DNA of 64,000 nucleotides from Ostrea edulis (lineage: Eukaryota): NCBI RefSeq assembly GCF_947568905.1, contig NC_079165.1, positions 27,962,001-28,026,000 of the forward strand, given 5' to 3'. Shown here one piece after another: positions 12,301 to 26,140 of the stretch (positions are counted from its first letter, which is position 1; each line of letters begins with the position of its first letter). A program made the translations under genes and the position numbers. The notes under the pieces are model-generated. The model had not been told where the DNA came from and did no database searches. It was given only the letters and a program-made list of their open reading frames with translations.

Positions 12301-12449
12301 TTTCAATTTTCACATCAATGTTTATCCCTCTCTTGTATAATAAGACTGCATTCACTTACAAAGAAAGCGTTTAGTAGACGTACTTACCCAGAATTCCATA
12401 TCAAAACAAAGACAACTCTTGCACTTCCTCTTCCGCCTCGAACGTGAAA
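12301..12449. promoter_or_regulatory. Compact bidirectional promoter for PDZD11 and RPS3A with a TCT/5'TOP initiator
   Basis: Polypyrimidine tract cttcctcttcc at 12424-12434, just before RPS3A ATG 12450. Minus-strand donor gtaagta with GT at 12387-12386. Confidence 0.75.
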
Positions 12450-15400
12450 ATGGCAGTGGGAAAGAATAAGAGGCTAACTAAAGGTGGCAAAAAAAGCTCC
12501 AAAAAGAAGGTGTACGTATATAAAGAGACAAAATTAGTAAAGTGTGATTCTTATTCTTTAATATGAATCAATACTTTGATATGATGGCTTAACCTGATTG
12601 GGATATTAAGCGATGTAAAACCAGCGACATGAAAGTCATGTGTAGTTCAGTCGTGTATATGTGTTTAATTGAAAACCAAAAACAAGCACTTGCTTTCATT
12701 TTATAGGTACGTAAGTGTCGATTAAGTGCATCTTTAAAAGTATAGGTATCAAAACGGAACAAGACATTGGGAACTTTTCATACAAAATAGTTGTCCTCCG
12801 ATTTACATGCCCTGCCAAAAATTGTTTGCTCCCCCTCGTGTATTTCTTAACTGACTAGTAAAGTGTATTTGTAACTGAACATTTATTACTCATACGATTG
12901 TGATATTGTGACAATTCTTGTCCACTTCTGTGTCTAATCTTCCCATGGCATGCTGAGATTCTGTCCTTAAACTCTGCAAGAGGGGGGACCTTCCACCATT
13001 TAAAATCTAATGAATGAAAGTAATTTTTACTCGTATTATCAACAGGCCCAGTACAATCTCTTGATATATACAGTTTTATCATGCTATTGTGAAGGAGTTG
13101 GCAGTTTTGTCTGTGAAGGTCTATCATGTAAACAACAGACATTGAGCTTCGTAAACGTAGCTACAGGAATGCAACATGGTTTCGGCAAATTCTGCTCTGG
13201 TGCTTTATTTGGTCAAACACAATATGCAGTATAATTAACATCAGTCAATGTTTCTGGAACGACCCCCCAGGAATCTGATGGGACACATTGATGATGTTAA
13301 TTAACCGCATGTTGTCGTTTGCGAAGCTCAGTGGTCATTGTTTACATTGTAGGCCTGTACAGTTTAAACTGTAGACTCCTGTGATGTGAAATAGCTTTTT
13401 ATAGTTAATTTGAGAGAATATAATGCTACCAAAAAATTCTAATGGACTGCAGTTGCATTTCACTGAGAAGTCCTGGCTACATTTTCTCTATTTATTTATC
13501 ATATGATATGTTGCTGTAGATCTGTCCCAGCTTTCCTTTTCTCATCAACAGATGGAAGTTAGTAGGCATAACAATAATGGAGATAAATTTCTCCATGCTT
13601 AGAAACTAAATCTATGTAGAATTGATACATTGACATGCTGCACATGTAAACATCTCGGAACAAGCTATTAAATGAATAACTTAATTTGGTATCAATTGCT
13701 ATTGACAGGAATTTTAGAATTTCTCTATATTTTATGCAATGAATGTAAGTGAATTTTAGATTTCAAACAATAAAAGGAAATCTTTTAATGTCTTTATTTA
13801 CTTACCTTAAAAAAGCACTTGTCCATGGGCAACTACAGTTTATTAAATAGCAGCCCCACCCAACTGTACAATTCTATATGTGTAGCTCAGCAAGTTAAAA
13901 TGTAAGTGCATTGCATTCGTAATATTCTACATGCTGTTATGTCTGTTGTAGTGTTGATCCCTTTACAAAGAAAGACTGGTATGATGTCAAGGCACCAAGC
14001 ATGTTTGTTGTCCGACAGATTGGAAAAACTTTGGTCACCAGAACACAAGGAACAAGTGAGTTACCCATATCAGCTATGTAGTTACCTGTGTCAGCTATGT
14101 AGTTATATACCTGTGTCAGCTATGCATAGTTACCTGTATGTAGTTACCTGTGTCAGTTATATAATTACCTGTATTAGCTATGTAGTTACCTGTACGTAGT
14201 TACCTGTGTCAGCTATGTAGCTTCCTGATGAATAGAGTTATCTATATCTGCATAATGAGAGGCTCTTGTGAAATTCATAATTTATGGTAATATCCTAGAT
14301 ATTTACAAACTTTTGAGATTTTACTATGTGAATATCTTCTTCACATGATATAGATAGATAATTTTCTAAGGATGTCTTCTCTTCACACATGCATGAACAA
14401 CACCAGTCTGGTGAAAATGAAGTGTTGCAAACATTTCTGGATTCATGATATAATATCTACACTTCCAACTCTGATGTTGTATTGCTGTGAGTGCGCATTG
14501 TCCATAATCAGCATGGTCAACACTCACTGTTTGGTTAAATTATGTACATAGACCTGATAATTCAACAAATTTTTTGACAATGAAATCATTGTCATTTTTT
14601 TTTTAAAAAAATTGAGAAAGAAAATGAGGGATTGGGTTGACATATGTATCAATTGAGACATACGAAAATGTAATGTGCAGCATTTTATGTGGGGAGTGCA
14701 TGTACAGTATATTGACTGTTTGATGGCTTTGTTAGTCAATGACTCTTATTTATATCAACAGGAATTGCTTCTGACGGCCTGAAGGGGCGTGTGTTTGAAA
14801 TCTCCCTGGCAGATCTTCAGAATGACGAAGTCTCCTTCAGGAAATTCAAACTGATGGCTGAGGAAGTCCAAGGTCGTAATGTCCTGACCAACTTCCATGG
14901 TATGGACCTGACTAGGGATAAGCTGTGCTCCATGGTGAAGAAATGGCAGACCCTGATCCAGGCTCATGTTGATGTGAAGACCACAGACGGTTTCCTTCTG
15001 AGGATGTTCTGTATTGGTTTTACCAAGAAGAAGCAGTTCCAAGTGAAGAAAACTTGTTACGCCCAACACACACAGGTCAGGAAAGCAGATAGAAATATTG
15101 TCTTATGACTTTATAAATTTGTATCTGCACCTTTACTTTGGTCATTAAATACATAATGTAGTACTTTGATAAGTCTACGTTAAAAGTCAGGAGGGCTAAA
15201 ACAAAAATATTGTTTGTTTCCCCTTGCCCGAACGAGTCTGAGAAAGTCGCACCGACCCAAAAGTTTTTATTCCGTCATTCTGGCAAAGTTTTTTTTATTT
15301 CTGGAAAATTTCAGGTACAGATCAGTATTTTATAATGACCAGAATTTTCTATGTCTTCCTTGGTTTCAATCTAAAATTTAAAAAAAATTAATACGAATTA

Positions 15401-18400
15401 GAGGTGGTCTGCTAGATTGAGATGGAGAATGTTGTCTACACGATGAGCGAAGAGACAGGGACTTTGGGGCATCCGAGTGTGCAAGTTGTGTTCTAAAGTA
15501 GGGGAAAGTGTTGATATTTGGGACGGGTGTGATATTTTTGACAGTCAATAAGTATTGTATCCACGTGTTCTCAAATTCAAACTTATTTTTGAACTTGATA
15601 TATTTACAAACTAGAAAACACCTAATGATGTGTGCATGTGTAACTCAGCTCTGGTTGATTTAAATACATGACCTTGTATAAGATGTCAGCATCCATTTTG
15701 TTTGATCGGCAAAATCAAGTCCTGTTGAAACTTCTCAGGTAAAAGTTAGATCTACTGGTAAGCCTACGATTAAAAAATTAACAAAATCGAAATCACTACC
15801 ATATATAAATTAACTTAATGTGCAAAAACCGAAGCATAAAATGCCAGTGAACCACAAAATAAGCAGCAACTGAATTTACCAACTGCCCGAAGTCATAACA
15901 CCATGTGTCTGAAATAACAACACCATTGTTTGTAGTTACAACTTTCTACCTGACTTTATTTAAATGATATGGCATAAATAGCAGAATAAATCCGATGAAA
16001 CCTGAGTGTTCATAGAATCAACCATGATACATGTACATCATGTCTATGTTCAGTGGTTAGATAATGAGCATTTCTGAAATACATGGAGTACTGTCCGAAG
16101 TATGTACAGTGAACACCTTCCCCTAATTGCTTAATGTAGCAATCAAAGCAGAACTTTACGCAAGAACCGACTACGAGTTTGACTAGGAAACGTGGAATGA
16201 TGTGCTTCATGAGGTTTTGGTATCGGGCTTTGCTAATGATCATGGGAATTTCATTTTAAATAAAATTCTGCTGGCTAAAAGAAAACTTTACCTACCTACC
16301 GAACCTCTGAAATTTAAGGTCGGGAGAGGGTAAACAAACACATTTTTAAATATGGTTTAAGTGCGTCAGATATGTTTGACTTAAGATATCAGTCAAGCTT
16401 GCCAACTGTAATAGCTGAAGTGAACACTTGAATGACATCACAATACTTCCATACACTGGGTAACTTGTGGAGCTATCGATGATGACAATAACATTTACAT
16501 AATTCTGTTGATGATGCATTCGTTTCAGCTTTGTCTGAGTTTAGCTCCATGTTATGTTCCAGCATTAGTTTATATCTAACATGCATGAAATCTGATTGGA
16601 CAAAATTAGTTGATATTTAACAGACATGTAATCTGATTGAACAACATAAGTCAACATTAGTTTATATCTAACAGACATGTGATCTGCTATAAGGCTTTTC
16701 ATATTTCACATGTGTATTCTTCGACATAAATCTAAACATTTTGACTTTATGGCCTTGACCTTGGGTGCGTCAGATTTTCACAAACACATCTTTTTATTAT
16801 ATTTACGTAAACAGATATACTAAATTGATCAAGATTCATACCCATATTGTTTACAACTACATCGCATTTATGCAGAAATTACTTTCGTTACAATTTGTAA
16901 AAACATCGAAGACAAGGTGACGCAAATGGATAGATGAGTAAGTATATTGTTAATATTACAGGTCAAGACCATCAGAAAGAAGATGGTTGACATCATCACA
17001 AAGGAGGTGACATCCAATGATATCAAAGAGGTCGTCAACAAACTGTGAGTTAACATTCATTTGTTTCCTGAAAGACAACAAGGTGTTTTCCATATATAGT
17101 AAAACACATCTAGTGAAGTGCTGGGGATAAACAATTTTAAGTTGTTATCAACATAATTTGTTATATCCTATGAATTCATGTTTTAAAACTGCAGGGAATG
17201 AAAATCACTGCACTGCAAATGTGAATTCATTATAAGCGTGTTTGTTTTAACCGTGCTTTACTGTATGTGAAAATGGCCTCTAGAAAAAATGGAAATTACT
17301 TGTTTTGTCTCTGTTGGAAGACATGTAGCCAACCAGGGTTTGACATTTACTTATTTCAGCACTAGACCAGTCGGGCTACTTCAAATGATTTTTACTAGAC
17401 CTGACTTTATATCCACTAGCCCTGACCAACTTTCCAGAAAAAACCCTGATAGTTTCTCCATATTTAAATACTTCATGTAAATGACAAACATTTACGACGT
17501 AATTTATTAACTTGATAAACACTTTATTATAGTCTATTCAAATAAACTGTTTAAATTTAACATCGAGTAGATGTCGTAAAACATCATTACCGACCGCGAC
17601 TTATTTATTAGAACTAAAAATAGAGATTATTCCACCACACGGTTCAAGATTGGTAGTTTCTTGTTTATTATTTAACACGACCAGTCGGACTAGTAAATCG
17701 ACATTTTACCCGACCGGACCTATAATTTAGTAGACTCGGTCAGTCGGACATGCCTTAGTGTCAAACCCTGCCAACTTTCAGTAATTGTATACAACATAAT
17801 AGTGCCTTGATATGTTTACTTTTGACATTGCCAACAGTGCAGTAGGGCTGAAACGATTCACTGAAATATCGATACTGTTCAATATAAACGCTCGATTCAA
17901 TATTTGATTCATTGCCTCGATTTTCGGTTCGATACGTTTATTACAAACGGATTCAGTAAAATACATCAGTCTCGGCCAGTACATATTATTTCTACCTGCA
18001 TGAGGGACAAAATAGCGTCAAATAATGTTCAGACTGTTGTTTGCCTTGTGGTTGATGAAAATAATATAATAAACTATATCAGTTTAAACTACAGCGAACA
18101 GGCATCTCACCATTTGGCAGTTTTGCTTTTAAAATTATGATTTTGAATCTTGATAATTTATTTTTTCTTCAATGTTATTATTGGTTTCGTCTGTGAATTG
18201 CATTGTATTGAAAGTATTGAATCGTGACATAAGTATTGCAATATGTATTGTATCGTACAGGGGTCGAAATTAACTTTTTCCACCACTGGCTAATTTTAGC
18301 CTGTGGGTAAAAAAATCCACAGGCTAAAATGAAAACCTACAAGCTAAAATGAAAATAATGAAGCAGTGCTCTTTTTGTGTTTTTTTTTAATCAATGATTT

Positions 18401-19885
18401 TCCCCTATCATTACTGAGCCTAGTGGGTCAACAGGCACCGTTTGGACAAGACACTTAAGTTACGTAAGCCATATGGTGCAATGTTTTGGTCTTGATTATC
18501 GCACCTCTAATCTACAACCTGATTTTTCAAAGCGAATCCCAGACTCATAGTTTTATAAGCAGCACGATCACAAGCCCCATGAACTTTTTTGAGAATCGTC
18601 TTCGTGGTGAGCAATGCACTCGTGTCATCACTACAACCCGACCTCAATTTGACAATAAATTAATCTAGATGGGACTTTCTCATGATTCTGATAAAATAAC
18701 TACCAGAAGACTTGGTAAAACATAGACTCCGATTTTTTTGATTTTTTATTTTTTTTTTAGATAAATGAATAACAAAAACCTCATACTTGGAATTCAATTT
18801 AATCACCCCTGTTGGTGAACAGGACTCGTGGCACATGTCTATATTTTTCATCATAATGCGATGCGCGATGTCCGACCTGTAAAGCATTTGTTTGACTCCG
18901 AGTTTCTTAAAAATTCATAAAAGAAAAATCCGGATAGAAACGGTTGTTGAAATCAGTCGTTCATGTTTTTATGATTCAGAGTGCAAGTTTAAGAAAAGCG
19001 AATAGCGCATCACCATATAAAACGGATACAATACGATCATGGTTTGTAATTCACCACTCTCTAAAATTTTGGAGCGTCCACTATTTTTACTCGCTATTTT
19101 TCAAATGTACTCGCATTTCGTGAGTATTTCTCGCTAATTTCGAGTCCTGACGTATCGTTTCAGCCCTACAGTGCAGTTTTAATGAAAACCACCTGAAAAT
19201 GTCTACCAAGACTGATATCAACACATGACTATTTTGAAAATATATACATCTTGAAGCGAGTTTGAAAAGATTACTACATGGAATTTCTCCATGTCATCAT
19301 GAACAATTTAATTATACCAACAGTCACTAGATATCAATTTAATTATACCAACAGTCACTAGATATCAAAAGGATTTCACTTTTGAAGTGAAACAGAAAGT
19401 ATAAAAGTACTTATCCAGAGTTCGAACTCTGAGATAGTGGAGGAACTTTGGGGGGGGGGGGGGGGGGGGTAAGCTGATGGATAGACTCGACTTCTTTACA
19501 GATATTGAAACCATGTTTTAAAATAAAATAAAATTTTGTTTGAAGAAAAACACGGGAATATTCAACAGGAATTTACTGTGTGCATTTGTTTGACTGAAGG
19601 GAAACAGTATACATGATTAATAGGAGAACATTTCTTAAAGATTGTGTTTCTCTTTGCAGTATTCCAGACAGTATAGGAAAGGACATCGAGAAAGCCTGTC
19701 AAGGAATTTATCCCCTTCACGATGTTTTCATTCGTAAAGTCAAAGTGCTGAAAAAACCTAAATTTGACATCGGTAAATTGATGGAAATGCACGGAGAGGG
19801 CGGCAGCAAAACTGTCATTACCGACTCCGGCGAGACTGTGGCCAGGCCCGAGGGATACGAACCTCCCGTTCTACAATCTGTTTAA
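12450..19885 (+). CDS. RPS3A: 40S ribosomal protein S3a (eS1), 262 aa, 5 coding exons
   Basis: Exons 12450-12511, 13952-14055, 14762-15075, 16962-17044, 19660-19885; GT-AG, 789 nt. [15 protein letters not shown]...[15 protein letters not shown]...[12 protein letters not shown]...[22 protein letters not shown]...[14 protein letters not shown] at 19912. Confidence 0.99.
14066..14221. repeat. Degenerate ~22-bp tandem repeat (RPS3A intron 2)
   Basis: gttacctgtgtcagctatgta units. Confidence 0.85.
16468..16549 (+). ncRNA. Intronic box C/D snoRNA, predicted guide for 18S rRNA 2'-O-methylation
   Basis: Perfect 8-bp terminal stem tggagcta/tagctcca, box C ATGATGA at 16479-16485, box D CTGA at 16535-16538. 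The guide GTTTCAGCTTTG one nt upstream of box D is complementary to the conserved 18S motif CAAAGCUGAAAC. It lies in an intron of a ribosomal protein gene. Confidence 0.88.
17334..17770. mobile_element. MITE with CAGGG ends and 5-bp TSD
   Basis: TIR cagggtttgaca/tgtcaaaccctg; flanks ccaac...ccaac. Confidence 0.85.
17843..19168. mobile_element. Non-autonomous hAT element with a nested insertion
   Basis: TIR tagggctgaaacgat/atcgtttcagcccta; 8-bp TSD cagtgcag. Confidence 0.9.
18258..19149. mobile_element. Nested CAGG-ended element with 5-bp TSD
   Basis: TIR caggggtcgaaatta/taatttcgagtcctg; flanks tcgta/acgta. It interrupts the host subterminal repeat. Confidence 0.75.
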
Positions 19886-20109
19886 ACTGCCAGGGTGAAA
19901 AAAAGGACTGTAATAAAAATATACAGTAAATCTCGGTGTTTTTGTGTTAATCTACAAAGGTGATAGTAGGTGAATTATAGTGAAAGTGTTCAACCAATGG
20001 AAAAGATATGATGTTCATTATGTTGGCTAGGTTTTTCTTGCGTTATGTTACAACTTCGCATTTTAGTCCCTTACCAGCGAAGCAGAAGTGGAATACTAGT
20101 TTGCACTAA

Positions 20110-20320
20110 ATCTGTCAGGGTAGCTCGGTAGGAGAGCATTCGCTTGGCAGGTCATGAGTTCATTCCTGGTTTGTGCTATGGCTGCTTCAAACCCAAGATG
20201 TTAACATAGGTAGTGATTGCACTTTTGCCAAAAGGCAAGAATCATTGGTCTTTCGGATATGACCTTAAAAATGGAGGCCCCGTGTTGTTGCGTTAAAGAA
20301 CCCTTGCTGCTAGTCTCAAG
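20110..20320 (+). mobile_element. Degenerate tRNA-derived SINE
   Basis: Head gtagctcggtaggagagc...catgagttcattcc; core ggtctttcggatatgacctt...cgttaaagaaccc. A related inverted copy lies at ~31200-31420. Confidence 0.6.
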
Positions 20321-21579
20321 AAGTTCTTATGGAAAACCAATGTCTCCCCAAATTGGAAGTGCTCTAAATGAAACCTCCCACTTAATGTACTGTATGGGAT
20401 GGAGGAGAAAGCATGAGCAGCAACGTAGACATAATAACTGATAAGACATGAGAAGTGTTCACAAACTTATTTGACACCCCCACTATAACTTTAAGGATAA
20501 CAGTTGGATCCTCCCATCCCGCTAATATGCACATCTACAAATGGCATTGAAGTAACGTACAAAATTCCAAGTGTATCGGATTAGACATAAGAGAAGTGTT
20601 CACAAGCTATTTTAACATCCTCCACCCCTCTTAGATCCACTATAACTTTTACGAAAATAATTGGATCCTCTCATCCAAACAATATGCACATCTACAACAG
20701 TCTATGCGAAAGTTTTTTAAACCACACAGGACATTCGGTCCTGTGTAATCAATGAACACACCGGACCGAACCAAATTTTGTCAGACAGAAAAACCTAATG
20801 TGAAACACGTGAAAATGCAAAACCAAGGGAATCTTATTTATTATATTAGTAATACTATACCAGGGATCCCTCCCATATAATACTTTAGACAGTCCATGTG
20901 GTTTTAATCACATTCATTTACGTATTTGGATTTGTGTGCTATTTTTTACTTATAGCAAACATTTAAATGACTCCACATCAAAATAGTAAAGCTCAAAACC
21001 GGACACTGAGACATCGGACATTCCGGTCTGGTGTAAAAAAAAAATGATGCGTCGGACCTGAGGCACTGCACATCGGTCAGGTCCGACGGTCCGATGTCTT
21101 TCGCATAGACTGCTACAAATGGCAATGAAGCATTGTACAGTTTCAAATCTCGGATAAGCCATATAAGAGAAGTGTTCAAAAGCTATTTTAACATCCTCCA
21201 CCCCACTTACATCAACTATAACTTTAAGGATAACAATTGGATCCTCCTGTTCCAACAATATGCACATCTACAAATGACAATGTATTATAGAAATTGAATA
21301 TCGAGATTTTGTATTGACTATAAATTCAAATGAAGGCCACAGATGTTGTAGATCCATAATTTACGCAAAGGAAAAACAGGTTTGCTATCTCGGTTAACAT
21401 TAAAAGTTTACAAGGAGCTCAATTATAGATTATTTGGCAAATGTGTCCATGGGCCAGAAGTGCTTTTATACGCCATCAAAACAACAAATCTTGCCAAACA
21501 CTCCAAGGGACATAACTCTTATTAATGCTCCACATTGAAGATCATCATTTTGATTAATGTGCAGGATTAGGTGCATCTT

Positions 21580-21710
21580 CCACAGCAGTGGGCTCCCTTC
21601 CAGGTAACTGGCTTGCTGCACGCATGGCAGACCTAACATTTGACTTCCAGGCATCTCTGTCCAATGGGTTCACGAAGTCTCCACTTGCGCTTGTCTTTTT
21701 CTAGCTGATA
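21580..21710 (-). mobile_element. 3' fragment of an RTE-clade LINE
   Basis: Reverse complement encodes ...DRDAWKSNVRSAMRAASQLPG. Related fragments at 31870-32190 and 59855-60135. Confidence 0.6.
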
Positions 21711-23282
21711 AGATAAACAAATGAAAAGGCATTTTGATGAACACTAGCTACAATCATGTTGCCCTGAATGCCCTCTTAAGATCTTCTGTTTACGGGAGAG
21801 TATAACCCCATCCCCCAAATGGGAGGGCTAGGACCACATTGCAGCTACTGCTACACCTGCAGCAAACTGCACAAGCATATCAAAAGACTTGATATAGATA
21901 AATATGGAATTTGCAATCTTTTATTAATACACATGTACCGGTAAATCAATTATGCTACAACCATTACCGACAAAATAAAGATTGAATAACAACTTGTTCA
22001 CTTCTAGCATGAAATCCCTGATTCTAAATGCATGTAAAATACCAAATGTCTTCATAAAAAGGATGTATATATATACTGTATGTGTATACATTAATATAAT
22101 TGCAACTGCCCATCAATATTATTGGGACTTAATGGGTTACAATTCTCGATAAATGCAAATTGCCTGTGATCTAACAAACTTTGATTTTCAGCGTGGAGTC
22201 ATTTTAAAAAAAAAAATCACCGATTTCAATTGTTGATCTTCATCTTCTGCAAAAATCACTTTTGACATTTCTACCATCACCAGTACTGGATGATCCTTTC
22301 TAGGGTGAACTAAACCTACTACTATATTGCTAGCTTGTGGTTTCTATGGTAATAAAATGTTTTCTAAAACAAATTCTCTCAAGATAATTTCCGGAGCCAA
22401 ATGAGCCAATATTTTTAAAAAGTGACTTTGTGAGGTATTTGTCATATCCAACCATGGATTGATTTCTCTTAAATTCAGTAATTTTCATGATGCAAAAATA
22501 AAAAAATAATTTTCCCCCAAACTGACTTGATATCAAGTTCAGGTTTCAAATGTCTTCCTTGAACGCTGTCAGGAATGGTAACTTGTGGGGTTTTCTATTA
22601 AAACTCCAGTGTCGACCAAAACTATTTATGCAAATCTTTAGATAATTATGCGATACTTGAAGCAACATGACTGGCCATGTATACAAAGTTGGGTTCAATT
22701 TAGTTTACAAAAAGCAATAAAAATTTTGGAGTAAGACGATATTCATTGCTAGATCTTCATATATTCAAAAGTTTGTTGAACGTGTGCAAACTCCTATCTC
22801 AATAGAATGGCAGACAATAACGTACAATTGTCTAACATTGCAGCTTGTCTACAAGGACCAACACTGATTAAAGGCATAGGGTCTAAGATATTGGTAAAAA
22901 TTTGCATGTTCCAAAAAGGTGGCGAAATTAAAGATCATAACTAGAAAATCACAAAAAGTTCTTCAGAATGTTTACAAACAGATTGGATAGGATAGTAATC
23001 ACAAAAAAATTCCCCATTCTCATTTGCCCAAACTGGTACTTCGCATCCCTTATGTTAGTGTGTAGTCACCAATCAGCAGGGTACCAGTTTAATATATTGT
23101 CCTCCAGACAAACATTTTATAAATGACTTCAATTTCAAAGCGCTGCAGCTATAGATCATAACTCATAATTAATGCTACAAATTTGTTTTTTGGCATTCTT
23201 GCAAAATATTGTGATGTCATTTTTGAGATAAAAGATGCCTTTAAACAGCTAAATAAAGCTTCACATGGTCTCGGAGATGGAG

Positions 23283-23392
23283 CAATCTGATTAAAATCAG
23301 ATTCTATGATCCGCTCACGTAGATCGCTACTCTAGGGATCTTAAAGTAGTGATCTACGCGAGTATAGATCATAGGATCTGATTTTAATCAGA
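23283..23392. mobile_element. MITE of the CAATCTGATTAAAATCAG family
   Basis: Palindromic, with the same TIR as 10321-10639; flanks gagatggag/gagatggaa. Confidence 0.8.
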
Positions 23393-23708
23393 TAGGGAGA
23401 TGGAACAACACTGATTAAATAGCTGAATAAAGCTTCACATGGTCTCAGAAATGTCTCTATTGTTTTTCAGGATTCTTACTACACATGTATCACAATACAT
23501 CTTGTGTAATATTACATTTAGAAGCAAATTTTATAACAGTTTTTTTTTTAGAAGTTATGAGTTGATTTTCCAAGTTTTTATGAAAAACCTAAGGAAATGT
23601 AAATTGCCAGTCATTTTGCTTTTGAAATATCTAATTTGATCAAGGTAGACAACTTGGAATAATGGAGCAATTCCTCACTCCTTACTAAAATTTTACTTTG
23701 TTTTGTAC

Positions 23709-23806
23709 TGTGGTGGTCAGACGGTTTGATCGCTGGTGGTTGGATAGCTCAGTTGTTAGGTTCAAATCCCAGTCGGGTTCATTGTAATTTCCCCCTTCCT
23801 GTTATA
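23709..23806 (+). mobile_element. Solo LTR (internally deleted) of the tRNA-containing TRIM family
   Basis: tgtggtggtcag...gatagctcagttg...ggttcaaatccc...cttcctgttata, homologous to the LTRs at 34602-34969; 4-bp TSD gtac/gtac. Confidence 0.75.
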
Positions 23807-24533
23807 GTACATAAACCTCTGTTAAAGGGATACTAAAAGGTCATTTTTTTCACATTTTTTGAAAGAATTAAAATGAGTCCAAATGACTCATACAAGTCAT
23901 TTCCTATAAATGATAATAATTTTGTGCATTTCATCTGCATTTACTTCCAAATTTAAAAATTTAAAATGATTATCTTCAAATTATGTCCCCTAATTTTTTG
24001 CTTCCTGGACAAAAATTCAATCTGCTTTACAAGTTAGCTCCTACATGTCCTACAGTGCAAACATGCAGTCTATCATTATATCATTCATATATCTTATTTA
24101 ATTATATCAGAAAGGAATAAGATAATTTGGGATGAGAAATATTTTCCAACAAAATAAGCTTTACTATCTCTATAATCATGCTACCTCTGCAACGGTTTAG
24201 TTTAGAAAAGAGGTCAAATATGAGGGTTAGTGTACCTAGTTCTTCATTATATTGCAATGTACATGGTCCAGGACAAAAAATTTTGTTGTGATTTTGACCA
24301 CTCCCTCCCCACTTCTAAACCATTGACAATTTATAACATTTAAAATTAAATGTATTCACACAAAAAATAAATGCTCCAATTCTGTCTGTTTATACCTACA
24401 TATGAATACAGGTAACACACAAAGTCTATACCTACACGGGTAATGCACAAAACTGAAAGACTCGATCAAAAATAATTCTACAATCCACAAAAACAAAATG
24501 TGTGCTACAGGATAAAAACATCAAAACAAAGCG

Positions 24534-24700
24534 AAATACAGTCCTCAGCATCACTGTAATAAACATACAATGCAATGTGAACACCCTAGCTAAATACAGT
24601 CCTCGGCATCACTGTAATAAATATACAATGCAATGTGAACACCCTAGCTAAATACAGTCCTCGGCATCACTGTAATGAATATACAATGTGCACACCCTTA
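24534..24700. repeat. ~58-bp tandem repeat, ~3 copies
   Basis: aaatacagtcctcggcatcactgtaataaatatacaatgcaatgtgaacaccctagct. Confidence 0.9.
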
Positions 24701-25634
24701 ATAAACTACTGCTACAAAATTAACAAAACAGATGTTCACTAGTGTTGTTTTGATTTTGTCCATTAGGCAAACGGTGAAAGGTTACATTCATAATGCTGCA
24801 GTTCACACCCCTAAACGCAATAGTATGCACTCTTTATATTACAGTAAAACATATGTATAATGAATTCATACTTATATATTCTCCTAGGAGAGGAAAATAA
24901 CAAAAATTTGTATTGGATATAAAACAAAGTTTGGTTATAATGAACTGTTTTTGCTGGCCTTAAATGTTCTTTAAAACCGTGTTTTACTGTATAATGAAGT
25001 TTGGTGATAATGAACTGTTTTTGCTGGTCCTGGAGGTTCTTTATAACCATGTTTTACTGTTCACATACAAACATATCAACCAGTTTTTACCAGCACCAAA
25101 GTAAATATGTAAAATCTTATTCATTTCTTGCCCTTTTACTCTTCAGACAATTGTTGGGATGAACTACAAGTTACATAACACAATACAATAAATCACTATT
25201 GCAGCTAAGTGCTGGAGACAAATTTCTCATTCATTATAATATATCCAATGAGTTCATAATTATGCTTTTAAAACTAGAGAATGAAATCTTTGCTGTAAGC
25301 ATGAATTCAGTATAAGTGTTTTTGCTGTATCCATGTTTTACTGCAATATCCAACAACAAATTGTGTAATATAATGCAATATTCAACAGGTTACGTAATAA
25401 AGTAATATCAATACACCATGCAGGGCATTACACAATGCTTATTTTCAATATCAACACAAAGTCGAGATCATTCAGAATATAGTGGAGTACCTGTTCATGA
25501 AAGACATCCATTGATTGTCATACACTTCGTATAAAATAATATCTTCACAAGCTGTCCAACACTCAGGTAGTCACGGTTAACAGAGCACAAACAAACAAAC
25601 AAGGACATCTGTTTATACAGGTACACATCAGTCA

Positions 25635-25979
25635 AGGCCAAGAATATAAATTGTTGTGTTTCCGCTAACACCCAAGTAAAAAATTAGGGCAAGTTGGTAG
25701 GAAATAAATTAAATTTTTTCTCAAACTTTAAGAGTTCACACAAAAATCATGATTATTATATTAAATTATTGAACAGGGGCTCATTTTTCACTATTAAATA
25801 AATGCAATTTTTAAATGAATATGCTTCTATATCCTACTAAATAATTAAAAGTGTCAACTACCAAAACAATGTTTGTTCATTAATTTCTTGAACAATTGTA
25901 AAAATAAAATTCTCGGGTAGGGAGTATAATTCTGGGTCGATCGAGTTGGCAGAAACAACACAATTTTATATTTCGGCCT
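25635..25979. mobile_element. MITE with AGGCC ends (Kolobok-like, tentative)
   Basis: TIR aggccaagaatataaattgttgtgtttc / gaaacaacacaattttatatttcggcct. Confidence 0.65.
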
Positions 25980-26140
25980 ATCACACACACAAAGCTAGTT
26001 CAAACTGCTCTTATAGCAAACCCTTGTAACTACTTATAGAAGCTGTCTCTTGTGGACTATTGTTGATCATTTGTTCAGTTTAGCAATGCGAATTTCTGAC
26101 TGGATCAACCACAAATGAGTTACTTATCTCCATTGAGGTT

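Noticed and set aside
13238-13296. Hairpin containing ggacacattga (5.8S-like 11-mer), considered as a miRNA or rRNA fragment
   Set aside because: It has a large asymmetric bulge, and the short match is compatible with chance.
13374-13475. Second C/D snoRNA in RPS3A intron 1 (GTGATGT...CTGA)
   Set aside because: Box C is imperfect, the stem is weak, and I recognised no rRNA or snRNA complement of 10 nt or more next to a D or D' box. A covariance-model search could revisit it.
14390-14525. H/ACA snoRNA in RPS3A intron 2
   Set aside because: A first hairpin and an ATATAA H-like box exist, but the second hairpin and ACA spacing are unconvincing by eye.
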